NCBI GenBank assembly: GCA_035289605.1
Contig: DATDWR010000007.1
Coordinates: 1-63,610, forward strand
From: Candidatus Nanoarchaeia archaeon
Lineage (GTDB): Archaea; Nanobdellota; Nanobdellia; SCGC-AAA011-G17; GW2011-AR18
Reading direction: 5' to 3'
Length of the DNA stretch: 63,610 nucleotides
The notes under the pieces were generated by a model. That model ran no database searches and had not been told where the DNA came from. It was given only the letters and a program-made list of their open reading frames with translations. The translations under genes and the position numbers were made by a program. This document shows positions 1-10,383 of this stretch, piece after piece. Each line of letters opens with the position of its first letter. Position 1 is the stretch's first letter.

Positions 1-143
1 ATGGAAAATATTAATAAATTGTTCTTCTAACTTATTATTGTACTTTGGTAGGATAATATTTTGAAACATTCTATCCTATCAGAGTACATTTAAAATAACT
101 ATTTTTCGGTTTTTAAATTAAAACTCCGGACAAAGCCTAAAGA

Positions 144-446
144 ATGATTCTCTTCAAACAACGGCTTATGCTATCAAAAATTACTAAAACAAAAATATTT
201 CTCGAAGAGTTATATTATGAAAATAATTTCTTAGAATTCCATCAACCGAAGATTAAAGAGAATCCTGAAGAATATTGCGCAATCTTTATCCGAAAGATTT
301 AAAACGATGCAGTCTTCTATGAAATAAAAGGTGAAGCAATGCCAAAAAACTCAATTAAATCAACAACTTATGACTTGAATATCATATCGCAAGAGGATTC
401 TACACCAGCATATATTCCTCTTCCATTTTTAATCAAAAAAAACTGA
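144..446 (+). pseudogene. possible degenerate ORF with one in-frame TAA at 300-302
   Basis: Manual translation from ATG144 to TGA446 is open except for TAA at 300-302; no recognisable family. Confidence 0.2.
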
Positions 447-452
447 ATTATT

Positions 453-1406
453 ATGACCATTGGCCCTCTACATATAACACAACAAACTATTCTTTATATT
501 CTTCTAGCTCTTGCTTTTAATCTCCTGTATGACTTTCTCCTAGGAGCGAAATTGGTGATCATTCTCAAGCACCTCGGCGAAAAAATTTCTTATCTTCATG
601 CATTTTATATCTTCTGCATTGCAAAATTCAGCTCTATATTCACTCCATTTTTTTCAGGAATTATCATCAGTAAACCTCTCGCGTGCAAGCACTACGGCAA
701 AATACCATTAAAAAAAGGAATATTTGTCACTATTTTTGAACAAATCTTAGATTTTGCCACCCTACTTGTTATCTTTCCTTTCCTCCTATTGGTTGTAGGG
801 CAATATTTCCTTAATTTTTACCTTCAGATCATATTAATAATTACAGCACTAGCTTTGATAATCTTTATTTTTGTTTATTATGAAACTCTTTTAAACTTCA
901 TTTGGAAATTCAAGAATCTTATCCCCCAAAAAATTAGAATATTTGGACAGAAGCATAATATAACAAAAGAAAACACTTTTAGCTCTTTTAAGGAAGTCAA
1001 GGAACTTTTTAGCAACAGAAAACTTCTCATTGCTGTCTTTCCCTACCTTTTGCTCCAGATCCTATTAGTCCCATTTGTCCTTAAATTTACAGTATTAATT
1101 TTAGGCACTAATATCAGCTATAAAACTTCTTTTCTGGTTTATTTCGTTTCAGTTACAGTAGGAAAACTCTCCGGACTGCCGGGAGGGCTAGGTTCCTCAG
1201 ATATTACTATGGGAGGGCTACTTCTTCTTTTTGGATTTACATCACTCCAGGCAACTACTACTGTAATCCTCTTCAGGTTTGTATCCCTTGCGCCTGCGCT
1301 GATTATCGGGGGATACCTAACAATTTACCTCTCGACAAAGTATTCTCTAAAATTTATAGCTCCTTCAGAAAAATCAGATGTAGAGTTTCATAAACCTAAA
1401 AACTGA
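453..1406 (+). CDS. lysylphosphatidylglycerol synthase TM / UPF0104 flippase-like membrane protein
   Basis: Multi-TM protein with C-terminal LPGGLGSSD...ILFR motif typical of the family; glycan-locus context. Confidence 0.75.
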   Translation: MTIGPLHITQQTILYILLALAFNLLYDFLLGAKLVIILKHLGEKISYLHAFYIFCIAKFSSIFTPFFSGIIISKPLACKHYGKIPLKKGIFVTIFEQILDFATLLVIFPFLLLVVGQYFLNFYLQIILIITALALIIFIFVYYETLLNFIWKFKNLIPQKIRIFGQKHNITKENTFSSFKEVKELFSNRKLLIAVFPYLLLQILLVPFVLKFTVLILGTNISYKTSFLVYFVSVTVGKLSGLPGGLGSSDITMGGLLLLFGFTSLQATTTVILFRFVSLAPALIIGGYLTIYLSTKYSLKFIAPSEKSDVEFHKPKN

Positions 1407-2863
1407 CTCTTCATACTTGTAAGATAATCTATTTTTCTTTTACTTGTCCATAACTTCTTAAAGTAATTCTTATTAGACATGTAAGAAATAAACCTAAAAA
1501 ATGACGGAATATAGTCTCCCCCCAAAATCATCTTCACATTCCGTATATTAAAAGTCCGTGAATGAATATAAGCCAGCATGTCTTCCAAACGATCAGAATA
1601 CACTGCATACTTATACTTTTTTTCAATCAATTCCATAGATTCTGGGGATGGAAATTTTGAGATTACATTTAAATCTTCAAGATCTAATTCTCCCCCAAGA
1701 TCAGTTCCAGGATAAGGATTATATATACTCCACTGAGTTATATTAAACTTTGCCTCTTTAACCAGAGCCAAAGACGCTTCAATATCATCTTTGGTTTCTC
1801 CTGGAATATTAATCATCATAAATGCCGACATCCTCATTCCTAATTTTCTACACACTTCTGCTGTCTGCTTGATCCTCGCTACATTTACACGCTTATCAAC
1901 AACATTCAACATTCTATCTGAACCTGACTCTATACCCATATTTACTTGAATAACCCCATTTTCCTTCAAGAACTTCACCAATTCCTCATCAAGCAAGTCA
2001 GCTCTTGTCTGGATGCCATAAATTAGCTTAATATTTCTTTCTTTCAACAACTTAAATATTTCATATACTCTCCATTTATACAATGTAAACGTATCATCTC
2101 CGAATTGAATACCATCAATTTTATAATCTTTTATCAACAACTCAATATGATCCACAATTTTTTTCGGACTCATCATTCTAGGCCTTCGGTCTCTCACAGT
2201 ACAAAACTTACAAACATACGGGCAACCTCGCGCTGTGAACATCAATAAAGAAGAAAGATACACCCCTCTAATAGTCCAAGAATTTGGCTGAGTATAATAC
2301 TTCATGTCCACTTTCTCATAAGCTGGAAAAGGGATATCATCTAAATTCTGAATTTCTGGCCGCTCACGATTCTTTACAAGTTTACCTTCTTTTACATAGG
2401 CAACACTTGCCAGATCTTTACCGTCTTTTCCTTCTTTAATTTCTTTTATTAATTCATAGAATGCCTCTTCAGCCTCGCCAATAACCAAATAGTCAAATTT
2501 CAGTTTCTTTTCCACAAAATGCTCAGGCCGTTCAGTCGGGTAAGGGCCTCCAATAATAATAACAGTCTTCTCATTTTCTTTTTTTATGAATTCACACAAT
2601 TCATTCATTATTGGAAGTTCAGTAATAAAACATGACATTCCCACGAAACTAGGCTTACTCTTCAATAGCTCATCTTTTATTTTTTTCATTCCTTCTTCCT
2701 GTTTTATGCCTTTAAAATCGAGAATATCATTATCAAAACCTTTGCTTGTCAAGTATGAAGAAATCTGCATGACACCTAAAGGAAGCCTACGATCATAGCT
2801 TCTGTTTGGAGGGACTATTAGAATAATATCGCTCTTATTCCTCTCTTCTCCATTATTTTTCAT
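1388..2863 (-). CDS. B12-binding radical SAM protein
   Basis: N-terminal PLG...GGPYPT...GEAE cobalamin-binding region; ARGCPYVCKFC; DDTF; GIESGS. Confidence 0.9.
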   Translation of the reverse strand: MKNNGEERNKSDIILIVPPNRSYDRRLPLGVMQISSYLTSKGFDNDILDFKGIKQEEGMKKIKDELLKSKPSFVGMSCFITELPIMNELCEFIKKENEKTVIIIGGPYPTERPEHFVEKKLKFDYLVIGEAEEAFYELIKEIKEGKDGKDLASVAYVKEGKLVKNRERPEIQNLDDIPFPAYEKVDMKYYTQPNSWTIRGVYLSSLLMFTARGCPYVCKFCTVRDRRPRMMSPKKIVDHIELLIKDYKIDGIQFGDDTFTLYKWRVYEIFKLLKERNIKLIYGIQTRADLLDEELVKFLKENGVIQVNMGIESGSDRMLNVVDKRVNVARIKQTAEVCRKLGMRMSAFMMINIPGETKDDIEASLALVKEAKFNITQWSIYNPYPGTDLGGELDLEDLNVISKFPSPESMELIEKKYKYAVYSDRLEDMLAYIHSRTFNIRNVKMILGGDYIPSFFRFISYMSNKNYFKKLWTSKRKIDYLTSMKSQFLGL

Positions 2864-3027
2864 AGATAATCTTCCTTATTATAGAGTGTTATCCATTTTC
2901 TTTATTTAAACCTTTCTTTCAATCTGGCTGATACAAAGCCATTGTGCTTTTTCAAGAAATATCTATTAAAATATTCTTATATTATTTTCAGGAAAGCTTA
3001 TAACAATATAGCAAACTTCAAAAAAAC

Positions 3028-4050
3028 ATGAAAATAGGAATAGCGCTAATAGGAACAGGAGCTATAGCTGAAGTACATGCAAAAGCAATACAAGAATGCG
3101 GTCATACTGAACTAGTTGCTGTGAGAAGCAGGGATATAAAAAGGGCTGAATATCTTGCAAAAAAATATTCTGCTAAAACTTATACAGACTATGATGAGTT
3201 ATTAAAAGATCCAAAAGTAGATGCTGTAGATATTGTAGGAATAAACAATATGCATGCTGAACTGGGAATAAAAGCAGCAAAAGCGAAAAAGCATGTTCTT
3301 GTGGAAAAGCCTATAGATGTATCTGTCGAGAAAGCAGAAGAGCTTATAAAAGAATGCAAAAAAAACAATGTAAAATTAAGCGTTATATCGCAAGAAAGAT
3401 TTGACAGCGCAACCAATGTAATAAAGTCAGCAGCAGAAAGAGGACAATTGGGAAAAATATTCATGGCTAGCATGTCAGTAAAGTGGAAGAGAACACAACA
3501 GTATTATGACTCCTCAGAGGGATGGAGAAAAAACAGAGAAACAGCAGGAGGCGGAGTTCTTATTGTCCAAGCAATACATCACTTAGACTTATTGATATGG
3601 CTGCTTGGAGATGTTGAAAGCGTGTATGGAAGATCAGAAACTAAATTACATAATATAGAATGCGAAGACACTGTAGCTGCAATTCTAAAGTTTAGAAACG
3701 GGACATTAGCAACAGTTGAAGCATCCTCTGCAGTAAAAAGCATGATGAATGACAGACTAGAACTGCATGGAGACAAAGGTTCTGTAATATTAGAATCTGA
3801 TGTTTTAACACACAGAATAAAAAAATGGACTACAGGAAAAGGAAGAATGAAAGATATCATACAAAAAATCAAGCATATACATCACATAAAAAAGGGAAGA
3901 ATAAAAAACCAGGTCGAAGACTTTGCTGAATCAATAATAAACAACAGAGAACCAAAAGTAAAAGGAGAAGACGGACTAAAAGCCCTTCAAGTAATACAAG
4001 CCATATATAAATCCGCAAATCTTAAAAAGGAAGTAAGTTTAACCTCGTAA
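3028..4050 (+). CDS. Gfo/Idh/MocA family oxidoreductase (WlbA-like nucleotide-sugar dehydrogenase)
   Basis: GTGAIA Rossmann motif, HVLVEKP, GGGVLIVQAIHHLD. Confidence 0.88.
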   Translation: MKIGIALIGTGAIAEVHAKAIQECGHTELVAVRSRDIKRAEYLAKKYSAKTYTDYDELLKDPKVDAVDIVGINNMHAELGIKAAKAKKHVLVEKPIDVSVEKAEELIKECKKNNVKLSVISQERFDSATNVIKSAAERGQLGKIFMASMSVKWKRTQQYYDSSEGWRKNRETAGGGVLIVQAIHHLDLLIWLLGDVESVYGRSETKLHNIECEDTVAAILKFRNGTLATVEASSAVKSMMNDRLELHGDKGSVILESDVLTHRIKKWTTGKGRMKDIIQKIKHIHHIKKGRIKNQVEDFAESIINNREPKVKGEDGLKALQVIQAIYKSANLKKEVSLTS

Positions 4051-4063
4051 AGAAGGTGGAAAA

Positions 4064-5287
4064 ATGTTTCTTGTTCCAAACAAAATAAAAAATATAGCTT
4101 CAAAATTGGGAGTAATGGACATTGCCAGAAAGTATTATCTGAAAAGATATTATACAAATTTAGAAGAAGAATTCTATGAATACAAGAAGACAGGAAAAAT
4201 TCCAATGCCTGACCATCTAATCTGGGAACCTACAGGCAAATGCAACCTGAGATGCAGAATGTGCTACATAAATTTTGCAGTCACAACAAAAACAAGAGAG
4301 ATAACATTAGATGAATTCAAAATTATGATAAATAAAATTCCAACACTGAAAAAGATAAGCATGATAGGAGGAGAATTATTCCTCAGAAAGGACATATTTG
4401 ACATGCTTGACTACTTAAGAAGCAAACAAATAACAGCAACACTTGCGACAAATGCAACGCTATTGAAGCCTGAGATGCTTGATAAACTAGCAGAATACAA
4501 TGACATGGTCAACGTGACTGTCTCTGTAGACGGGCCAGAAAAAATCCACAACATAATCAGAGGAAAAGAGTTTGCATTCCAAAGATCAATGGAAAACATA
4601 AAAGCAATGAGAGCAAGAGATATATTCGTAAATGTTGTATCTGTAATAACAAAAGAAAACCTTGATTACTTGCCGGATCTAATAAAAGTCATAAGAGACT
4701 CTGGAGCAAACTACATGGAACTAGAATATGAAAGAATATACAATGCAGAAATAGTCAAGAAAACAGCAGAGCTATTAGGCGCAGAGTGCACATTAGATAA
4801 CTTTCCGATAGTAGGAGGAGACAGCAGTTTAATGCCTGAATATACAATAGAAAGACTGAGAATAAGCATTGATGCAGCAGAAAGAACAGCAAAAGATGCA
4901 GGAATGACATTAGGTTATATGCCGTTTGACTTTGTAGAAAACATGGACGACTACTACCAAAGAAACGTAAGTGATGAAGAACACTTCTGCAAGCAATTGT
5001 TTATACCAAGAATAGACTGCTCAGGGAATTTTATATTCTGCTTTGCAATAAAGAAGCCGCTAGGAAACATACTAACACAATCATTTGAAGAAGTATGGTA
5101 TGGAAAGGAATTCAATGAATTCAGAGAAAGATTCCTGAACAACAAGGTGCTTCCAATCTGCGAAACATGCGAGAAAATGATAATGTGCAAAAGAGGACAG
5201 AAAAAAACTGAAGCAGCAAATCCTGCAACTGTAGCTGATGAGAAAACAGAGAAGGCATACGAAACAATATACGCTGGAAGCAACTGA
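4064..5287 (+). CDS. radical SAM / SPASM (twitch) domain protein
   Basis: CNLRCRMC, GGE, VSVDG, C-terminal C...GNI...CETC. Confidence 0.88.
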   Translation: MFLVPNKIKNIASKLGVMDIARKYYLKRYYTNLEEEFYEYKKTGKIPMPDHLIWEPTGKCNLRCRMCYINFAVTTKTREITLDEFKIMINKIPTLKKISMIGGELFLRKDIFDMLDYLRSKQITATLATNATLLKPEMLDKLAEYNDMVNVTVSVDGPEKIHNIIRGKEFAFQRSMENIKAMRARDIFVNVVSVITKENLDYLPDLIKVIRDSGANYMELEYERIYNAEIVKKTAELLGAECTLDNFPIVGGDSSLMPEYTIERLRISIDAAERTAKDAGMTLGYMPFDFVENMDDYYQRNVSDEEHFCKQLFIPRIDCSGNFIFCFAIKKPLGNILTQSFEEVWYGKEFNEFRERFLNNKVLPICETCEKMIMCKRGQKKTEAANPATVADEKTEKAYETIYAGSN

Positions 5288-5339
5288 TTAAACAGACAAA
5301 TAGAAAGCTTTTAATAACTAATTTCTTGGCAAAGATATA

Positions 5340-7706
5340 ATGAATAATTACGACTTCAAAGAATCGGAGAAAAAATGGCTGAATTTCTGGCAAAAAGAAA
5401 AAATTTATTCATTTGATCCAAAATCTAAGAACAAGATCTACTCAATAGACACGCCGCCACCAACAGTTTCTGGAAAAATGCATATAGGACATGCCTTCAG
5501 CTATTCGCAACAAGACTTCATTGCAAGATACCACAGAATGAAAAGAGAAAGCATATTCTACCCTTTCGGGACTGATGATAACGGACTGCCGACAGAAAGA
5601 CTGGTAGAAAAAATGAAAAGCGTCAAAGGCTCCAGCATCGATAGAACGGAATTCATTAATTTATGCTTAAAAACATTAGAAGAAATAAGGCCTGTCTTCA
5701 TTCAAGACTGGAAAAATATAGGAATGTCATGCGATTTCGATCTTTTTTATTCTACAATAGACTCCCATTCAAGAAAAGTTTCACAAAAATCATTTTTAGA
5801 CCTGCACAAAATCAACAGACTTTACAGAAAAGAAGGGCCTACAATATGGTGCACTGAATGCAGAACAGCAATAGCTCAAGTCGAAATGAAAGATGAGGAA
5901 AAAATTACTAATTTTGTTTATATAGAAGTAAAGACAGAAAACGGAAAATCTTTAGTCTTTGCGACAACAAGACCAGAACTTTATCCTTCTTGTGTCGGAA
6001 TATCTGTCAATCCAAATGATCAAAGATACAAAGACTGCATAGGAAAAAAAGTTATTATGCCGTTAACAGGAGCTAAAATAGAAATAACTACTGATGAAAT
6101 GATAGACCCTGAATTTGGCACTGGAGTAGTTTATTTTTGCAGCAGCGGCGATGCACAATTTCTAGAATGGGAGAAAAGACACCCTATAAAGAATAAGATC
6201 TATATTTTGAATAAAGACGGCACGATGAATGAAAAAGCCGGAAAATACGAAGGCCTCAGCATTAAAGGGACTAGGAAAAAAATTATTGAAGACCTTCAGA
6301 ACCTCGGCGTTGTTAAAAAAGTAGAACCCTTGAAGCACATTATCAATGTCCATGAAAGATGCAATACTGATATAGAATACATGGTATCTAAACAATGGTT
6401 TGTAAAGTATCTAGACTTGAAAGACAAGTTCTTGAAAGCAGGAAAAAAACTAAAATGGCATCCAGAACATATGATTAACAGATATGAAAACTGGGTAAAC
6501 GGACTGCAGTGGGACTGGTGCATATCTAGACAAAGATTCTTCGGAGTTCCATTTCCAGTTTGGTACTGCGAAAAATGCGAAGAAGCAATATTAGCTGAAG
6601 AAAAGCAGTTGCCAGTAGACCCATTGAAAGACAAGCCATTAAAAAAATGCAAGTGCGGAAGCGACGAATTTATACCTGAAAAAGATATATTTGATACTTG
6701 GGCAACAAGCAGTTTAACGCCTCAAATAGCAGCTAGCCTACAACCCAAAGTCTATGATAAGTTATATCCGATGACACTAAGGCCACAAGCACATGATATA
6801 ATCTCATTTTGGCTATTTAATACATTGGTGAAAAGCCAGCTACATAACAATGTAAATCCATGGAAGGATGTTGCGATATCTGGCTGGGTGCTGGATCCAA
6901 AAGGCGAAAAAATGTCAAAGTCAAAAGGCAATGTTGTTGAACCACAAGCAGTATTAGAAAAATATGGCGCTGATGCCTTAAGATTCTGGGCAGCGAGCTC
7001 AAAACTAGGAGAAGATTTAGCATACCAAGAAAAGGAACTAGTTTCTGGACAAAGAACAATCACCAAATTAATCAATGCCTCAAGATTTGTATTCATGAAC
7101 CTAAATGACTACGACGGAAAAATACCTAAAAAACTTGAACTTATTGACAAATGGCTTCTATTAAAAATGAACAAACTAATTGAAGAGTGCACTGAAAGCT
7201 TTGAAAATTATGAATATTCTAAAGTAAAAAGTAGCACAGAGATATTCTTTTGGCACACATTCTGCGACAACTATTTGGAAATTATAAAAGATAGATTATA
7301 TAATCCTAAGAGGAGGGGAAAAGAGTCTAGAAGGAGCGCACAATATACTTTACATATTTGCTTATTGAATATAATAAAACTATTTGCACCCATAATGCCT
7401 TTTATAACAGAAGAATTATATCAAGAATATTATAGAAAAGATGAAAAAGAGAAGAGCGTGCACTTATTGTCATGGCCAAAGACTATTAAAAATATTGAAG
7501 ATAAGAAAGCAGAAGAATTAGGAGACAAAGCTATTGAAATAATAAGCCTTGTAAGAAAAGAAAAATCTAAACTGGGAAAATCAATGAAAGAAAAAATAAA
7601 GCTATTGCAATGCGACAATAATATGAAAGAAGTTGAAGCTGATCTCAAAGCTGTTACGCAAGCAGAGAAAATAGAATACGGAAAAGAAATAAAAATAGAA
7701 TTGTAG
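5340..7706 (+). CDS. valS: valyl-tRNA synthetase (archaeal type)
   Basis: DTPPPTVSGKMHIGH, DWCISRQRFFG, KMSKSKGN. Confidence 0.97.
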   Translation: MNNYDFKESEKKWLNFWQKEKIYSFDPKSKNKIYSIDTPPPTVSGKMHIGHAFSYSQQDFIARYHRMKRESIFYPFGTDDNGLPTERLVEKMKSVKGSSIDRTEFINLCLKTLEEIRPVFIQDWKNIGMSCDFDLFYSTIDSHSRKVSQKSFLDLHKINRLYRKEGPTIWCTECRTAIAQVEMKDEEKITNFVYIEVKTENGKSLVFATTRPELYPSCVGISVNPNDQRYKDCIGKKVIMPLTGAKIEITTDEMIDPEFGTGVVYFCSSGDAQFLEWEKRHPIKNKIYILNKDGTMNEKAGKYEGLSIKGTRKKIIEDLQNLGVVKKVEPLKHIINVHERCNTDIEYMVSKQWFVKYLDLKDKFLKAGKKLKWHPEHMINRYENWVNGLQWDWCISRQRFFGVPFPVWYCEKCEEAILAEEKQLPVDPLKDKPLKKCKCGSDEFIPEKDIFDTWATSSLTPQIAASLQPKVYDKLYPMTLRPQAHDIISFWLFNTLVKSQLHNNVNPWKDVAISGWVLDPKGEKMSKSKGNVVEPQAVLEKYGADALRFWAASSKLGEDLAYQEKELVSGQRTITKLINASRFVFMNLNDYDGKIPKKLELIDKWLLLKMNKLIEECTESFENYEYSKVKSSTEIFFWHTFCDNYLEIIKDRLYNPKRRGKESRRSAQYTLHICLLNIIKLFAPIMPFITEELYQEYYRKDEKEKSVHLLSWPKTIKNIEDKKAEELGDKAIEIISLVRKEKSKLGKSMKEKIKLLQCDNNMKEVEADLKAVTQAEKIEYGKEIKIEL

Positions 7707-7744
7707 CAAATAACTTTATTAACGTTTATCTATTCTAAATAAAA

Positions 7745-8845
7745 ATGTTAGACACAAAACAACAATACAAACTGAGAAAATTTGTCAACGAATTAAAGCA
7801 AATCAGAGGAAGGCACACTGAGCTAGTTACAGTCTATATTCCATCAGGATATGACATCAATAAAATAATACAACACCTAATGCAAGAACAAGGAACTGCT
7901 TCCAACATAAAAGACAAAACAACAAGACAGCATGTGATTGATTCTTTAGAAAGAATGGTAAGACACCTTAGATTATTCAAACAAACACCTAATAACGGAC
8001 TAGCGGCATTCGCTGGTAACATAGCAAGCCAAGAAGGAAAGACAGACATAAAAATTTGGAGCCTAGAACCTCCAGTACCTATAAACATCAGAATGTACAG
8101 ATGCGACCAGACATTTGTCCTAGACGAGCTAGAAAACATGATGATGGTCAAGGACACATTCGGCATTGTTGTTCTAGACAATAGGGAAGCTACAATAGGC
8201 TTGATAAAAGGCAAAAGTGTACAAGTAATAAAGCAATTAGGATCAAATGTTCCAGGAAAACTTAAAGTTGGAGGCTTTAGCCAAGCTCGTTATGCAAGGC
8301 TGAGAGAGGAAGCAGCAAATGAATTCTACAAACGAATAGCAGAAATAATTAATACAGAATTCTTATCTTTGGGAAAAGACTTGAGAGGAATACTGATTGG
8401 AGGGCCTGGACCAACAAAAGAACATTTCCTGAATGGAGACTACGTGAATAATGAATTAAAGAAAAAGGTAATTGCAGTAAGAGATGTTGCTTATACAGAT
8501 GAATCAGGACTGCATGAATTACTAGAGAAAAGCCATGATGCTTTAGCACAGGAAGAAATCATAAAAGAAAAAAAACTAGTGCAAGAACTAATGGAAATGC
8601 TTGCAAAAAACTCTGAAAAAGTGGCTTATGGATTTAATGACGTCAAGAAGGCGCTTGAATATGGGGCTGTAGAGAAACTACTCATATCTGAAGATTTCAA
8701 CAGAATAGATGAACTAGAAGAACTGGCAAGCAAGACAGGAGCAACATTCTTTTTAGTAAGTACAGAAACAAAAGAAGGAATGCAACTAAAAGAACTGGGT
8801 GGTGTTGCTGCGTTACTCAGATATGCTTTAGATAACTTTGATTAA
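7745..8845 (+). CDS. prf1: peptide chain release factor aRF1 with atypical GGFSQ catalytic loop
   Basis: TELVTVYIP, TASNIKD, YRCDQTF, GGPGPTK, LGGVAALLRY; the GGQ position reads GGF-S-Q (8270-8284). Confidence 0.92.
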   Translation: MLDTKQQYKLRKFVNELKQIRGRHTELVTVYIPSGYDINKIIQHLMQEQGTASNIKDKTTRQHVIDSLERMVRHLRLFKQTPNNGLAAFAGNIASQEGKTDIKIWSLEPPVPINIRMYRCDQTFVLDELENMMMVKDTFGIVVLDNREATIGLIKGKSVQVIKQLGSNVPGKLKVGGFSQARYARLREEAANEFYKRIAEIINTEFLSLGKDLRGILIGGPGPTKEHFLNGDYVNNELKKKVIAVRDVAYTDESGLHELLEKSHDALAQEEIIKEKKLVQELMEMLAKNSEKVAYGFNDVKKALEYGAVEKLLISEDFNRIDELEELASKTGATFFLVSTETKEGMQLKELGGVAALLRYALDNFD

Positions 8846-8948
8846 TTAAATTTTAAAAATTTAAAAGAGTTAGAAACACAAAATTTGGCAGTTCCACAGG
8901 AAGAAATCATAGAAAAAGTGAGTTATTCAAACTTCTCTCTACAGAAGT

Positions 8949-8976
8949 TTTATATACAAGTTACCACATTTGTATA
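8949..8976 (+). promoter_or_regulatory. TATA box plus inverted repeat (TATACAA-N10-TTGTATA), probable operator of the TA operon
   Basis: TTTATATA about 30 nt before ATG8980; inverted repeat arms at 8953-8959 and 8970-8976. Confidence 0.5.
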
Positions 8977-8979
8977 CAT

Positions 8980-9279
8980 ATGGCTGAAAGCGTATCTGTA
9001 AGAATAGGCGGAGAAGACTTATTAGAAATAGAAAACATATCTAAAGTAGAAAATAAAAGCAAATCCAATGTTTTAAGAGACATATTAGATATAGGAATAA
9101 AAGAAAAAAAACTAGAAATAGCAATTAAAAAATTTGTAAATAACGAGATTACAATAACTAAAGCAGCAGAAACAGCAAATCTTCCTCTAACAACATTTAT
9201 GGATATACTTTCTGAAAGAAAAATAAGCTTTCATTACACAATAAAAGAACTGGAAGAGGAATTTGAGGACTTAATTTGA
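8980..9279 (+). CDS. UPF0175 family antitoxin (RHH-like N-terminus)
   Basis: SVSVRI beta strand; EITITKAAETANL...FMDIL; overlaps the downstream PIN gene. Confidence 0.8.
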   Translation: MAESVSVRIGGEDLLEIENISKVENKSKSNVLRDILDIGIKEKKLEIAIKKFVNNEITITKAAETANLPLTTFMDILSERKISFHYTIKELEEEFEDLI

Positions 9280-9800
9280 TATCAAATGCATCACCACTAA
9301 TAATATTAGCAAAAACAGACTTGATGAAAGAATTCTTAGAATTATACTCAACTATAGAGATAAGTCCTGAAGTTTGTAATGAAGCAATAAACAAAGGCTT
9401 GGAAGCAGGGAAACAAGATGCACAAATTCTTGATGCACTATTAAAGGAAGAAAAAATAAAAATTGTTAAATTAAACCAAGAATATGGAAAAACATCTAAA
9501 AAAATCGTTGAAAATTACAAACTAGACAAAGGAGAAGCAGAAACAATATCATTAGCTTTACAATTAAAAAATAAAGAAATATTAATGGACGAAGCAATGG
9601 GCAGAAAAATAGCGAAATTTTTAAATTTAAAACCAAAAGGAACATTAAAGATATTATTAGAACTTTACAATAAAAAAATCATAAGTGAAGAACAGTTAAG
9701 AAAGAAAGTAAACGAAGTCATAGGAGTGCAATTTAGGCTGGATGCTGAAGTTCTAAACAAATTCTGGGAATTATTTGAAAAAATGAAGACTAAAAAATGA
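9276..9800 (+). CDS. PIN-domain toxin (DUF3368-like)
   Basis: ISNASPLI, LDKGEAETISLA, LMDE..GR, GTL motifs. Confidence 0.82.
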   Translation: MISNASPLIILAKTDLMKEFLELYSTIEISPEVCNEAINKGLEAGKQDAQILDALLKEEKIKIVKLNQEYGKTSKKIVENYKLDKGEAETISLALQLKNKEILMDEAMGRKIAKFLNLKPKGTLKILLELYNKKIISEEQLRKKVNEVIGVQFRLDAEVLNKFWELFEKMKTKK

Positions 9801-9843
9801 GTAGTCACAAAGCTTTTAAATTGTAATATCGCTTCTACAAAAC

Positions 9844-10383
9844 ATGCAAGAAGATAAAAACAAAGTAGAAACAATACTTTTCACAACCGGAAGATTCATA
9901 GGACTTGAAGAGTTAGGAAGACTAGCAGGAATAGGTAGTCTAGGGTATTTGAAAGAAGTTATAGACGAGCTGAAAAAAGGGTATGAAACAAAGAATGGCT
10001 CACTACAAATAACAGAACAAGGAAGTAAATACAAACTTGCAATAAAAAAGGAATACTTACACTTGACTGAAAGTCTGCTAACAGACAGCGAGATGGACAA
10101 GCCGACACAAGAAACTTTGGCAGTAATAGCATACAAGAATCCTGCATTTCAAAGCGAAATCATAAAAATTAGAGGAAACAAAGCATATGACCACATAAAA
10201 ATGCTGAAAGAACTAGATTTTGTAACAAGCACACCAAGCGGAAGAACAAATATACTAAAGCTTACAAACAAATTCTATGACTATTTTGACATTGTAGAAG
10301 ACCAGCTTAAAAGCAAACTAGAAAGCGTGGAAAAAAGAGAAGAAAACAAGCAAGAGGCTTCTCCAAATGAAACTCAAAACTGA
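9844..10383 (+). CDS. scpB: SMC-Scp complex subunit ScpB
   Basis: VETILF, ETLAVIAYKNP, QSEIIKIRG, LTNKFYDYF. Confidence 0.92.
   Translation: MQEDKNKVETILFTTGRFIGLEELGRLAGIGSLGYLKEVIDELKKGYETKNGSLQITEQGSKYKLAIKKEYLHLTESLLTDSEMDKPTQETLAVIAYKNPAFQSEIIKIRGNKAYDHIKMLKELDFVTSTPSGRTNILKLTNKFYDYFDIVEDQLKSKLESVEKREENKQEASPNETQN

Noticed and set aside
7745-8845. Stop-codon reassignment linked to the unusual aRF1
   Set aside because: Conserved genes end at their expected lengths with TAA (pcn), TAG (valS) and TGA (scpB, mbf1); there is no systematic in-frame stop pattern.
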